DNA of 64,000 nucleotides from Octopus bimaculoides (lineage: Eukaryota): assembly GCF_001194135.2 (NCBI RefSeq), contig NC_068988.1, forward strand, positions 13,085,985 through 13,149,984, in the 5' to 3' direction. Both the position numbers and the translations under genes were made by a program. Shown piece by piece: positions 51,787 to 64,000 of the stretch (positions are counted from its first letter, which is position 1; each line of letters opens with the position of its first letter). A model generated the notes under the pieces. That model was given only the letters and a program-made list of their open reading frames with translations, was not told the origin of the DNA and did no database searches.

Positions 51787-53900
51787 TACATTTCACACAT
51801 TTCAATGTGGAGAAACAAGAAAACTAATGTTTCGAGCAAAGGTCTTTTTTTGGTGGGGTGGGGTGGGGAGAGAGAGAAGTTAAAAACAACATTTATGATG
51901 GCACTGAAACTGAAGAACGAACAAAAGTGGAAGGAGAGATAGAGTGGTGGTAACCAAATATCATCATCAGTATCCTGTTTTACCTATGTATAATATATAA
52001 TGCAGTGTAGAGCTTGCATGCAATGCATTAGATGAGGATTGGTGGTGGTACAACTGAAGTTTTCAGCAATTTGGTACTGTGATTTCAGGTTGATTCTGGT
52101 GGTAGTTTTTGAGATAAAGGACCATTTATGCCATCTCTGATGAGTGTTTGAAGATACTTGACTAGTTATGGTTAGAACTAGAGAGGTTTTAGTCGAAATG
52201 TTGTGGTGATTTTTTAATTTTTTTATCCCTGTTGTGAGACAAGGTGATACTGGTCAGTTACAGGTTGATAGTGTGGAAAGCAGAAGTTGTGAAGCGTTAT
52301 AAGATTTACATGAAGTGTGATTGGAGGGAAGGTAAAAGAGAAGGATATTCAGTTTTCAGATGTGTACAGAGGCTATCATCACAGTGTCCAAGAAATGACA
52401 GCTAGGACATGTAGTAGTAGTGGTAACAAGACAAGAAACAGTTGGCTCCAATGGGCTTAGATGAACTGAACAGTGTGTTGTCAAAAAATATATTACCTTA
52501 CACTAGAATACTTAACTCTATATTTGTACCAGCAATTAATCTATATACATTAGATTCATATACAGCTAAGAATTGTAAGGCACATTGTTATTAAATGATC
52601 AATAGATAGGTGAAAATGTATAGTTGAATATAAATATACTAGAATTAATATGTAGAAATTATTATTGTTGCATAGGAAAACTGAGTGGTTAATTTTTTTC
52701 AGCAAACCATCTTTGCTTTCTTGTTTTTTTTTAATTTTTTAACTTGGTCAAGGTATCGATTTATAGAAGATTTTTACAGTAAATAAGTTTTGAAATTCTG
52801 CAAGCATTATTACCATTAAACCAACCAGTTTCTGTGATATTCTTTCTGTATGGATTAGTCAAAGAAGGGAGAGTAGCAAACATGATCTTTGCATCATGTC
52901 TGATTCTTCTGGTAAAATCTGACATGGATGCTGCTAGCCACTACTTTGGTCTCTGTAAGTTGTTCAGATGAAAGTAGCTGTGGGTGGGTGTACCAGCAAA
53001 TAAGGCAACCTCTGAAGGCAGCACTACTTGTAGATCTAGGCCTCTATCTTATCTGGCAGTGAACCTATGCTAGAGAACCACTTCCATCTGTACCCTACAC
53101 AAAGAAGACACTGTAGGGAGCAACACATCAAGGTATTGAGTTACTCTAAAACTGGAAACTTAGTCTGAATGTTTGTAACAAAGTAGACTCTACTAAAAGC
53201 ATCCATGACCCTGGTGTTGGTTGTTTTCACAAGAGATGTAAGTCACTTCAATAAATTTCTCACAAACACAGTCATAGCTCTTCTTCTCACAAACCACAAT
53301 GTCCCATTGTCTTTTAATCACCCAAGGACTTTTGCCTCACCACTATCATGGTTCTTCATTTCACAATATGCTGTAGACACCAATGTTTCCTATCTGGTAC
53401 ACACAAGAACAAAGAAAAAGAAGAAAAACTAGCTGATTCTTTTGTTTTCACCACTATTTATGGTATAGATGTCTTTTTTATATTCCCATTGTATAATAGC
53501 TGAATAAATAAAGTTTTATTTTTGGCTTTTTGATGACAAAACCTGTCATAATTTTTGCCTTGCATTTCTGAGAAAATTGTCACTTTACTTGTTGCAGTTG
53601 AATTTTTATAAATAAGTCAAAATCCTTTATAATGGGTTAGTGTTGATACCATTGTCTGATCCAACAAATAACATCATCCAAAACAGACATAAAAGTAAAA
53701 ATACCTTGGCTCATTCATAAGATTGAATTTTGATAAATATAGGATTGATTTGATTTTTAGGAGCAACTTATTTTCAAAGGTGTTAGTGGTATTTGTATTG
53801 AGATCTGAGAAAATTAGCAGCAATGATTAGACTGCTTGACTAAACAGCTTTTGCTATTTAATCTTCTTATCTATCTACATTCTGATTTTAAATTTACTAG

Positions 53901-53934
53901 GTATGATTTTGCTATGCAGGCACATATTGTACTG
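53901..53934 (+). CDS. Candidate exon (R)YDFAMQAHIVL
   Basis: Acceptor aaatttactag, strong donor CTG|gtaagg. Confidence 0.25.
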
Positions 53935-54619
53935 GTAAGGTGGTATATCAATTAAATTAGCCATGCCAGCTTAACAAGAGAAAATAATATTACTCATGTA
54001 AAGTTTAAAAAAAAAGAATCCTATTTAGTTCCAATTTAAAGATACTAAACACGAATAATTTTACTATTAAGAATCCAATTATTCTGAATATATCCCACTG
54101 AGCCTGAAAATAGATTTCTACATTGAAACAAAATCTTTTAAATGTTATTTCATCTTAATTTCTTATTTATCAATTTTCAAAATGTATCTGTTTGCAGCTA
54201 TCATTTAGTATTTAGGATGTTCTTATGTGTAAGAAAGATAATTGCTTTCACTAACAAATTGACATACAGTTGTCAAAACCTGGTTAATGTATCTCTATCA
54301 TCATTGATTTATTTATTTAATTTACATTGCAATTTGTAAACAATAAAATCATTGGTTACAGATTTTCCTATGGGACAGTTAGTGGTTCATTGCATTTCTA
54401 TAATGAGTTTGATGAAGGAGGGTCTCACTCAGTGCAGAAGAACTGTGGCAAAAGATTTGGTTCAAAGATCACTAGGTTTTTTTCTTCACTAATGTTTTCA
54501 ACATTCACTAATCTACATTGACAAGAGGGACTTAAAGAATCAAACAGAGCTCACTGTAAGCTCTCAACCTGGTGTGCGGCTATTGACAAAACCAGTGGTT
54601 AAGGCTAGGATATCTGCAT

Positions 54620-55470
54620 TTACTTTGAATTTTATGTGGGTGTCCCCATCTATATATTTGTAGTTATTGTTGTTGTTGCATATTCCACATCTTCTATCTC
54701 CACATTCCTTTACGGAGAATACTGTTTCATTCTCTGATGTGAATTTTACTCTTTGTAATTTGTTTTTTAAGTTTTTTTCCTGGCGTTTTACTATTTCGCA
54801 GGTAGTTTTTGTCTATCAGTTTTCTCATTTTGGAGCTCTGTAAGAGTATTGGTAGGTTTGAGTGTATAACGTGAAAAATATTGGTTGTTCCAGGATTGTA
54901 TGTGTTAATAAATGGAATAGTATGTTCCTTGCTTTTTTCTTTTGGAGTCCTAAGTTGTGTGATGTCTAATTTCATTGCCTTTGAGATTCCATTATTTATA
55001 AGTTTCACAGGGTAATTTTGTTCTTGTAAGAAACTTTTGAGTTCATCAAGTCTAATTTGGTGTCTTTGTGGGTCAGTTACTATGGTGCAGATATGTCTTG
55101 CCATACTGTATGGGATGTCCCTTTTGATGTGTGAGGGATGACAAGAGTAGAAATTTAAATATTGGTGTGTCTATTTTTTGTAAAATATGTCTATTGTGAA
55201 AGTGGAGTTGTGTATTTTGATGTGAATTTCTAGGAATGGTAGTTCATTGTAGCTGGTTTCTGTTGTGAATTTGATAGATGGGTGCAGTGTATCAAGGGTG
55301 TTGTGAAATGTTTGTAGGTCTTCATTTTTTTCTTTGAAGTTGTGATCAAAGGTTTTTCCTACTTCTTCATAAAGTCTATCTTCTAGATAACCCATGACTT
55401 GGTTGGCATATAAGAGTGCAAATTTTGTACCCATAGCCATACCTTTAATCTGTCGGTATATCTTATCAAA
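54620..55470 (-). mobile_element. Penelope-like element, RT/thumb/linker fragment
   Basis: AMGTKFALLYANQVMGYLE...LHPSIKFT.E...LPFLEI...FYSCHPSHIKRDIPYS...NYP, followed by a Cys-rich linker. Confidence 0.92.
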
Positions 55471-55485
55471 ACTGAAGGCATTTCT

Positions 55486-55594
<109 letters not shown>

Positions 55595-55725
55595 TAACCT
55601 TGTATTTCCCCTACAGCAAGACACCTATTTCTGTCTCACTACAACCTTGTGTCACATCATCTGACACAAGATCACCTCCTCCAATGCCTTCTCCTCTCTT
55701 GAAAGTTTTTTTTTTCTTGTCTTGG

Positions 55726-56040
55726 AAGTACTTGGTGACCCTGTCAGTGCAGGTGACACTTAAAAGCACCCAGTCCACACTGTAAAGTGGTTGGTGTTTG
55801 GAAGGGCATCCAGCTGTAAAAACCTTGCCAAAACTGACCTCGCCTGTGCTTGTACCACGTAAAAGCACTAAGTCCTCTCTACTGGGTGGTTGGTATTAGG
55901 AAGGACATCCAGCTGTAAAAGTCTTGTCAAAACAGTTACAGAAGTCTGGTGCAGGCTTTTGCCTGGCCAGCTCTTGGGAAACTGTCCCACCCATGCTAGC
56001 ATGGACAGTGGACATTAATCAAGGATGATGATAATGAATG
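55726..56040 (+). mobile_element. RTE 3' UTR/tail with two internal units
   Basis: gtggttgg...ggaagggcatccagctgtaaaa occurs twice; ends cccatgctagcatgga...gatgatgat. Confidence 0.8.
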
Positions 56041-56065
56041 ATATATATATATATATATATATAAA

Positions 56066-56210
56066 GCATAGGCATTGTTGTGTGGTTAAAAAGCTTGCTT
56101 ATAAACTACATGGTTTTTGTTTCAATCCCACTGTGTGGCACCTGGGCAAATGTCTCCTGGATTATCCTTGGGTTGACTGAAGCCTTCTGATTGGATTTGG
56201 TGGGCCAAAG
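56066..56210 (+). mobile_element. SINE family A head
   Basis: ggcattgttgtgtggttaaaaagcttgc... Confidence 0.75.
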
Positions 56211-56267
56211 TTCTTGTGTGAATGCATGTATATGGAAGTGCTTGTGCCACCTTTAATATGAACTTAA

Positions 56268-56826
56268 TCATTGTCATAGTTGTTTTAACATTCACTTCGC
56301 TATATTGGCATGGGTCAAACTAAATTTGAGGCAGATTTTCTATGGCTCAGTAGTTTTCCTGTCATCAACCCTCACCCCAAACAAAGTAATATTTCTTACT
56401 GACTGGACATGTTTTCATGGAAGATTAGAAATGAACGACACTATTTGTATGATGGTAAAACTCTTTTTTATAACTATCATTGCAAGGTCAAACTAAAGAC
56501 ACACAGACGATAAGCTTCTTTCAATTTCTCTGTTTGAAAATCCACTCACAAGGCCTTGATCAGTCTGGGACTACAGTAGAAAACACTTGCCAAAGATACA
56601 ATGCAATGAGTTGAACCTAAAACCATGTGCTTGGAATCAAACTTCTTAACCACACAGCCATGTATATACCGAGCTTTTGCACTGTTTCTGTCTACCAAAT
56701 TTCACTCGTAAGATATTGGTTAATTTAAAGCTGTGGCAAAAGACACTTGCCCAAGATACCATGCAGTGGTATCAAATTGGAACCATATGGTTATAAAGCA
56801 AGTTTTTTAACCACTCAGCCATGCCT
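56268..56826 (-). mobile_element. SINE family A head with RTE-type tail, plus a second head
   Basis: Tail 56268-56500; heads 56505-56662 and 56670-56826. Confidence 0.75.
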
Positions 56827-57182
56827 ATGCTCATCTGTTTCCAGTATTGATTGCAAACAGGTTTTTCAGAAAGCTGTTCTTCACCATGATATCTCCTGTC
56901 AGTTTTAAGCTTATCCTTCATAAGTACATTGTTGCTAACTTGAATATGCTTAAATAGGCATCTTAACAACAGCAACATGTTGATATGTAATTTTGCTACT
57001 ATAAGTATCATCATACTGAAATCCTTCTGAAATTCACGATATTGACTTAACTGTTGCTATTAGCAACAAACTAGAAGCAATTCTTTTATTGATTGATCTC
57101 TCTGTCACTTTTGATATTGTTGTTGGTTGAGATACTGTAATGTATATTCTCTTTTGTCTATATTTTTACTTCAAAGTGCTTA

Positions 57183-57308
<126 letters not shown>

Positions 57309-57369
57309 CATGCACGCACTGAAAAAATGCCATTCACAGTGGGTCATTTTTTGAAGTCATTTTTTTATC

Positions 57370-57705
57370 TTTTGTCTTTCACTTGTATCAGTCATTGGAT
57401 TGCAGCCATGCTGGGACACTGCCTTAAAGACTTTTAGTCACACAAATTAACAACAGTATTTAAGTCTAGTACTGTCGTATGTGTGTGATCACCACTTGAC
57501 AACCAATGTTCATTTGTTTATATTCCCATAACTTAGTGGTTCAGTGAAAGAGACCAATAGAATTACCAGTCTCTTTTGCCTAACCACTAAATTATGGGAA
57601 TGTAAGCAAACGAACACTGGTTATCAAGTGGTGATGGGGGACAAACACAAAGACACACACATACACACACACACAGTTTCCGTCTACCAAATTCAGACAC
57701 AAGAC
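57370..57705 (-). mobile_element. SINE family A containing a fold-back inversion
   Basis: Family A sequence in which 57489-57554 is an inverted copy of 57569-57634. Confidence 0.85.
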
Positions 57706-57995
57706 ATTGGTTGCTTTTGAAGATTTAGTGCTTGTGTCATTTAATATCATTAGTCAGAATCAAACATTTAAATGAAGTTTGATTAAGAAATAAAACCAGC
57801 ATAGCAGAATGAAAGCTACTGATTTTTCTTCTCATTTGTGTGTCTTGCTAGTTGACAAAGTAGCAGATTTGCTCCCCCCCCCCCCNNNNNNNNNNTCTCT
57901 CTCTCTACTCTCTCCCTCTGAAACTAAGGGGCAGATAGATTCCTATTACTTTAGGTATAATGAACTAAAACTGACATCACAATATTCCTTAAATG

Positions 57996-58360
57996 TCTGA
58001 GTTCAAATTCTGCTGAGGTCGACTTTGCCTTTCATCCTTTCGGGGTCGATAAATTAAGTACCAGTTGCGTAATAGGGTTGATCTAATCGACTGGTCCCCT
58101 TCCCCATAATTTCAGGCCTTGTGCCTAGAGTAGAAAAGAATATTTCTTAAATACTTGTAAGGTTCTGGACAATGTAGTAAGCTGGTAGAATCATTAGCAT
58201 GCTTGACAAAATGCTTGGCAGCATTTCATCCAGCTCTTCATATTCTGAGTTCAAATCTTACTGAGGTCAACTTTACTTTTTATTGATAAAATAAAGTACC
58301 AGTCAAGTAATGGAGTCGATGTAAATGACTTGTACCCTACCCTCAAAATTGCATGCCTTA
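57996..58360 (+). mobile_element. Two adjacent SINE family B copies (first young and 5'-truncated)
   Basis: gagttcaaattctgctgaggtcgactttgcc...gtgcctagagtagaaaagaat, then a second copy from about 58175. Confidence 0.88.
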
Positions 58361-58758
58361 AACCCAGCAATAGACCAGCATCCTGTTCAAGGGGAATGTT
58401 GTGATTTTGGTCTCTTACTACAGCCACTGAGTAACCAACCTTATGAGACCCAGAGCTTGAGAAAAATGGGGTGGGGTGGAGTGGGGGATAATTCTAGACA
58501 ATACCGATCAATAGTTATTTTATTAAATCTGGTAAAAATCTTACATTTTGTTCCTACTACAAAATATCTTGATACTCATTTAGACTTACAACTGCTTTCA
58601 ATATTTATGCCAGTGTTGCTTCCTATTACAATGTTAGGAGTATCTCAGGCATCTCATTGTTTAATTCTTATTCACATTTTAATTAACTCCAGACTAGATA
58701 TGTTGTTCTTTGCATTACTAGGTCAACTCTATTAGTAAATATGTTCACAACATTGTAG

Positions 58759-58864
58759 TCTGTCTTAAATTTACTGTACACTGTTGTGAATGTGTCAAAA
58801 ATTCTTATGAAAATTCCCAGTGGTTTAATATTGATCGAAGGAGAACATTTGAATTTCTTTTGAT
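58759..58864 (+). CDS. Candidate exon CLKFTVHCCECVKNSYENSQWFNIDRRRTFEFLL
   Basis: Acceptor cacaacattgtag, donor AT|gtattt, open frame; phase 2 matches the next candidate. Confidence 0.25.
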
Positions 58865-59143
58865 GTATTTCCTATTAAGATGGCACTAACATTGCTGCTA
58901 CAGCCACCACTGCTGCTGTTGCTGCTGCTACTACTGCTACTACTACTCTGTATAAAAATGTTGAAGTTATAATGAAATAAACCTGCTGCAGCCAATGAGG
59001 GGCTTTAATCTATTTGCTCACTTCCCCTATGTTGATAATGCCCTTGATGAAAACATAAATTCCAAAGTTTTATTTTTTTTTTGTATGTAAGTCTGAAGTT
59101 TTGATCTCATGTAAAATTAATTATTGTTATTCTCTTGGTTTAG

Positions 59144-59203
59144 GCTGGCTAAGTTGACAAATTGCTTCCAATTCCCAATTGAAGCCATTTTGTATCAGAC
59201 TAG
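59144..59203 (+). CDS. Candidate exon LAKLTNCFQFPIEAILYQT
   Basis: Strong acceptor ttattctcttggtttag, donor TAG|gtaact, 60 nt, only one open frame. Confidence 0.35.
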
Positions 59204-60194
59204 GTAACTAGCTCATTGAGTTTGTGATTAGAGATGTCTTTTTTGGCATTATGGTGAACATACAAAACTTCTACTCCATATATCTGTCAATTTTGGTGAT
59301 TGATCTGTAACAAATATTCATACAGTTTTGTGTTACTAGGAAACTTTTCGTACAGCAAGCAAAGAATATGCCACCCTTATCCTTTTTTCCTTTCTAGTCA
59401 GCACCATGCATTCCGTACTCTTTTCCCTCCCTTCTACACTGTCAACTAGCAACCAGCAAGCGAACTTGTCACTGTCACTACAATTACCATATTTTCTGGT
59501 GTATAAGCTGCTGTTTGTTTTGTATTACCTTCATGTTTTGATAATGTTATTTTTTATCTAATAAAGACTTTTATATTGACGAAATGTGTTTGTTGTTGAT
59601 TATAGTAAGATAAAATCATGACAATAACAATACATCTCATAGCTGTGAAATAAGGCATTTTAAAACTACATATACGTCGACAACAAAAAAGCTAGCTGCG
59701 GACTCATTGCTCTATAGGTCTTCGAACAGAGTGGTGACATTTAGGAGAGATGACCTGGAAGTTGTTCCTCTTTGATTACTATTGTAAACAGCAGTAGCTT
59801 TTTTTCAACCTAATACACATTGTCGATTGGTTGAAATTACCTACATACGACAACTTTAACATGAAATAACTTCTAAAATACGAAGTTTTGTCAAAAACGT
59901 TCAGAGTAAACTATGTTCTATGTGAAAAATTCTACCAGTATTCAAAGTTTCAAACTGTTTAGTTAAAAAATTTTTTTTAAATCTGTGATTGAGATGGAAT
60001 AAGATGGAATAGATCCTTAATCTCTTCGAAAATTTAGATTTTGATTTCTAGTTGAGCAATTTTCCTTCATTTATTATATTTGTGTCTTTGGGAAATCTCA
60101 AGCTTCTTGATTAATTTCATTTCCTATTTGTTATTTCATATAAATATTAAAACTTAACTTAAATTGGCATTCCATTGGTTATGATGGCAAAGGT

Positions 60195-61100
60195 GCTAGG
60201 ACAGTTCATCCCCAGTTATTTCATCGTTGGTTAATAAGTCCCTGGTCAATTCATCATTGATTAATTCATCCCCAGGTCAATTCATCACTGGCCAATTTGT
60301 CTCAAAAATACTCTGATTTTCAAGGGAAAGTTCAGAACAATCCCTTTAGGATTAAAATTGTTGGACAGTTTTAGATATATTTTTCCTTTCTTTATTCCCC
60401 ACTCTCTCTCTCTATCTCACTCTCTCTCTCTATCTCACTCTCTCTCTATCTCACTCTCTCTCTATCTCACTCTCTCTCTATCTCACTCTCTCTCTATCTC
60501 ACTCTCTCTCTATCTCACTCTCTCTCTATCTCACTCTCTCTCTATCTCACNNNNNNNNNNNNNNNNNNNNNNNNNNNNNNNNNNNNNCTCTCTCTATCTC
60601 ACTCTCTCTCTATCTCACTCTCTCTCTATCTCACTCTCTCTCTATCTCACTCTCTCTCTATCTCACTCTCTCTCTATCTCACTCTCTCTCTATCTCACTC
60701 TCTCTCTATCTCTCTCTCTTAAGTATTTGCGCTGAACAGTTTATGAACAAAGATTTTCAAGCAAATCAAATTAAATTTATTCAATACGCCTACCCATCAA
60801 CCTGACTACCTGCAGGATCATAACTTTAGAGAAAGGAAAAATCAAAGTGATCAATCAAGAAAATTATATATACACAAAAAATAAGCAGAATGCAGATGGA
60901 TTGAAGATATACAGAAGGTGCAAAAATCGTGTGTGTGAGGCGAGACTTCAAACAGATGAAAATTATAAAGAACTTAAGAAGATTGGGATCCATAATCATG
61001 CTTCAACTGTTGCAGAGGTAAATGCAAGGATAATAGTTTCAAATATTAAAGTAAAGTCTATTTCATCTCGTGTTGCCTCTTGCTAAATTATCGCTAGTGA
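60195..61100 (+). mobile_element. MULE (Mutator-like) transposon 5' part with a FLYWCH zinc finger
   Basis: KGKIKVINQENYIYTKNKQNADGLKIYRRCKNRVCEARLQT...IGIHNH fits the FLYWCH pattern; repeated caattcatc motifs at 60200-60300 resemble subterminal repeats. Confidence 0.75.
60402..60718. repeat. 16-nt minisatellite (TATCTCACTCTCTCTC)n with a 37-N gap
   Basis: Period of 16 nt read directly; the ORF over it repeats every 16 aa. Confidence 0.95.
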
Positions 61101-61149
61101 TAATGTAGTTCTCAAGGAGATTCAGCATGACACAGAATATGACAAAGCT

Positions 61150-61300
61150 GGCCCTTTGAAATACAGGTACTACTCATTTTTGCCAGCTGAGTGGACCAGA
61201 GCAATATGAAATAAAGTGTCTTGCTCAAGGACACAATGTGCTGCCGGGAATCAAATTCAACCTTATGATCATAAACCAAATATTCTTACTACTAAGCCAC
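61150..61300 (-). mobile_element. Third SINE family, tRNA-like head
   Basis: gtgtcttgctcaaggacacaatg...gggaatcaaattc...ctactaagccac. Confidence 0.65.
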
Positions 61301-62298
61301 TACAACCAGCCTAAAAGATAATCCCAGCTCACTGAGTCAGTTGTCTGCTCACATATAATAAGCACCTTACTCTTACTGCTGTTTTAAAACCCTTCGTATA
61401 AAGGAGTTGCCTACATTGGCCATAATATTTTCAAGGAGCAGGGCACTATATTTTTCTATGCTTCCAATAGTGAATCACTCTGTTAGCTTCTAAGATAATT
61501 GATCACACCTGCTATTCTGTTCCTTGAGAATAGTTTTGTCAGTCACTGTTCTTTGATCTATAAGTGCTTTAACATATATTTTCATATATCGTTTTTCCGA
61601 CTGTAAGCATTCTTAATGCATCTATTTAAAACAGTCTTCAAATGAAACAGTTAAAGTCAAACTTAATAACATTAGACCTCAGATGAGACAATGTATGATT
61701 GAAATATGGAATAAATGTTATGTTGCAGACTTTTTCAATCTTTACCAACATAGAAAATAGATGTTAACATGGTGATGTTGATGATGATGACAACTACAAT
61801 GTTTTTGTATAATGTTGAAGATGAATACTAAAAAAAAAACAACTTGATAAAACTTGTTCCATTTAACTCCAAAGACTTTCAGACTAAGGGCAGCAGATGT
61901 GTCTGCTTAGAACTAATGAGTAATCATCTATTTACAGTGTTATAGACAGGTACATAGTGACAAGTGTAGTGTTAACTTGGAATAGGCTTGTCATTATTCT
62001 CTGCCATATCAAATTGACTAAAAATATTTATATGAAATTATTAGAAATATATAGAAAAACAAAAAATATTTACTATTATTTCTATCTTTTTATATTTCAT
62101 TCTTTGTGTGTGTATTTAATGTACATGTGTGTGTGTGTATGTGTTTTTGTTTTTTGTCTTTGTACAATTACAGATACATTTGCATGTGTGGAAAAGTATA
62201 ATTGCCTACTTGTTGATTCAGATCAATAAATGTCCTACAGCAAAGACAGCTGTGTCAGTACCAGTTTTTGGCTATTAGATTGTTAGCTACTTCAATAG

Positions 62299-62334
62299 GA
62301 ACTTTATTGGCTGCATATTGATACTGTCTTGGGG
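62299..62334 (+). CDS. Candidate exon ELYWLHIDTVLG
   Basis: Consensus donor GGG|gtaagt; the acceptor is ambiguous among several AGs. Confidence 0.2.
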
Positions 62335-63793
62335 GTAAGTCTCATTCCCATGTCAAAATTTTAATAATTGAATTACTAATCTAATCCATTGATTCAAATT
62401 TCTTACATTTTCAGTTTTATTTCACTTGCTTTCAAAAAAAAAATTATAATAATTACAGCAGTCTAAATTTTGTTTGTGAGCAGGTTTATTGAAATACACT
62501 TGTTCTAAAGCAAAATAAATGTAGGTATATTTTACTATGAACATTATACAACTTACATAAATGAATTTTAGTAATAATTGTCATGGTAAATTATGTATCA
62601 TAACACATTTATTCTTTCACTGATGAGATAAAAATCATGCTCTAGTTCATATCAATGCTTTCATCAACCCACACCATTTCATTTGAAAACTTTGTTAGGA
62701 CAAATATTTATGAAACCTTGATATCATGATGTTTTATTAAGATGTTTTGTGTGTGAAGAAATGTAGAGTGATTCTTAAGATCTAAAGGAAAAAAGAATTA
62801 GCTTATATATTTTGTTCCGTTTGAGTACCTGTAGAAAATATCATCTGTAAATAGAGTAGAGAAGTCTGAACCAGAAAAAATAGTTGTTTGTTGTTGAGAT
62901 CAAAATTTCATGCAAATATTTTTTTGTTTGTTTCTTTGGTTTATGTTCTAAAAAGTTGATAGATTTAACAACTATTAAATTTAACAATATCAGGTATAGA
63001 ATAATCCCCCTCCCCCAATACTTGTGTAATCTTCATTTCACCTGTAAATAACTAGTTTTTAATTTAGATTTTTGCTTTATTTCTATTGCAAAAGAGCTCT
63101 TTTTGCTACGTAGTGAAAATCCTTTGTATAATTTTTTTCAATAAATTTATTACTGTTATAAGCTGAAGAATTAACTAAGTTTGTAAGTCAAGCTAACTCT
63201 ATTGATTTGCTTGTAATTCTCCAATATTTTCTATAAAATTTTTCTGTCAATTCATTATGTATAGAATGAATTTAAAATAATTTAGCCTGTGGAAGATTCC
63301 TTGCTGTCATAGACAGGAAAATGAAATAGTTTGGTGAGCTAAATAGTTAACATTTGGTTTGAACATTTGAAAGTTAGTTGTTGAGTAAAAAATATGGTCA
63401 GTTGTTGCATAGCCCTGGGTGATCTCCGATTACAGAGATTCAATGAGGAATGATTAGAAGAGGAGAGGTGATGAGATAAGTGTGTCTAGGCTGGGGAGAT
63501 TTACACTTAGAAAATTCAGAGGACTATTGTAATAACAGTAGATACATTATGAGCAGTAGTAGGCAAGTAATTGAAGGGTATTGTGAATTTGTTCACTATA
63601 CTGAAAGAGTTATTTTATGTCCTAATATATACACACACACTCACATACACACGCAAGTCACAATATACGGATTCAAGTAATCCGGTAGTACTCATAAAAA
63701 ATGTATTTTTTGCATTTTGCATTAATGTAGGTATGTAAGTAATTTATTTATTATTGAATATAATAATATAAATTATTTATATGTTTTTAAGTT

Positions 63794-64000
63794 CATCATC
63801 ATCATCATCGTTTAACGTCCGCTTTCCATGCTAGCATGGGTTGGACGATTTGACTGAGGACTGGTGAAACCGGATGGCAACACCAGGCTCCAGTCTGATT
63901 TGGCAGAGTTTCTACAGCTGGATGCCCTTCCTAACGCCAACCACTCAGAGAGTGTAGTGGGTGCTTTTACGTGTCACCCGCACGAAAACGGCCACGCTCG
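63794..64000 (-). mobile_element. Young RTE LINE 3' end, continuing beyond the window
   Basis: Differs from 27683-27890 at only 2 positions apart from tail length. Confidence 0.92.

Noticed and set aside
51826-51850. Minus-strand GCTCGAAACATTAG and similar partial motifs (14690-14715, 49060-49085, 52130-52200)
   Set aside because: Only half of a hammerhead core is present in each, which is too weak to call
54361-54477. Two overlapping open frames after a plausible acceptor
   Set aside because: Poor donor, adjacent to a Penelope fragment and no recognisable product
60402-60718. Regular 16-nt repeat array as CRISPR or telomere
   Set aside because: No spacers, low complexity and a eukaryotic context

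Overview
AT-rich, repeat-dense eukaryotic DNA. The SINE/RTE families and the abundant (TA)n/(TG)n tracts look like an Octopus genome; this is inferred from repeat recognition only, with no database search. The assembly has five N gaps. I recognise no host protein-coding gene, rRNA, true tRNA or CRISPR array, and most long ORFs in the track are microsatellite or transposon artefacts. Supportable content: two tRNA-headed SINE families (about 25 copies), RTE LINE fragments (two about 99% identical young copies), Penelope-like RT fragments, a Gypsy RT remnant, mariner and Tc1/maT derivatives, a MULE with a FLYWCH domain, and TTAA-type MITEs. A few short candidate host exons have low confidence. 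The most interesting unexplained structure is (i) minimal type I hammerhead ribozyme motifs, one with every helix still reconstructable (39078-39119), and (ii) an apparent age series of local fold-back inverted duplications, two of them perfect (62-bp and 48-bp arms). CpG-retaining domains at about 13.3-17.9 kb and 43.4-44.1 kb may mark promoters in otherwise CpG-depleted DNA. Repeat boundaries are approximate unless exact motifs are quoted.
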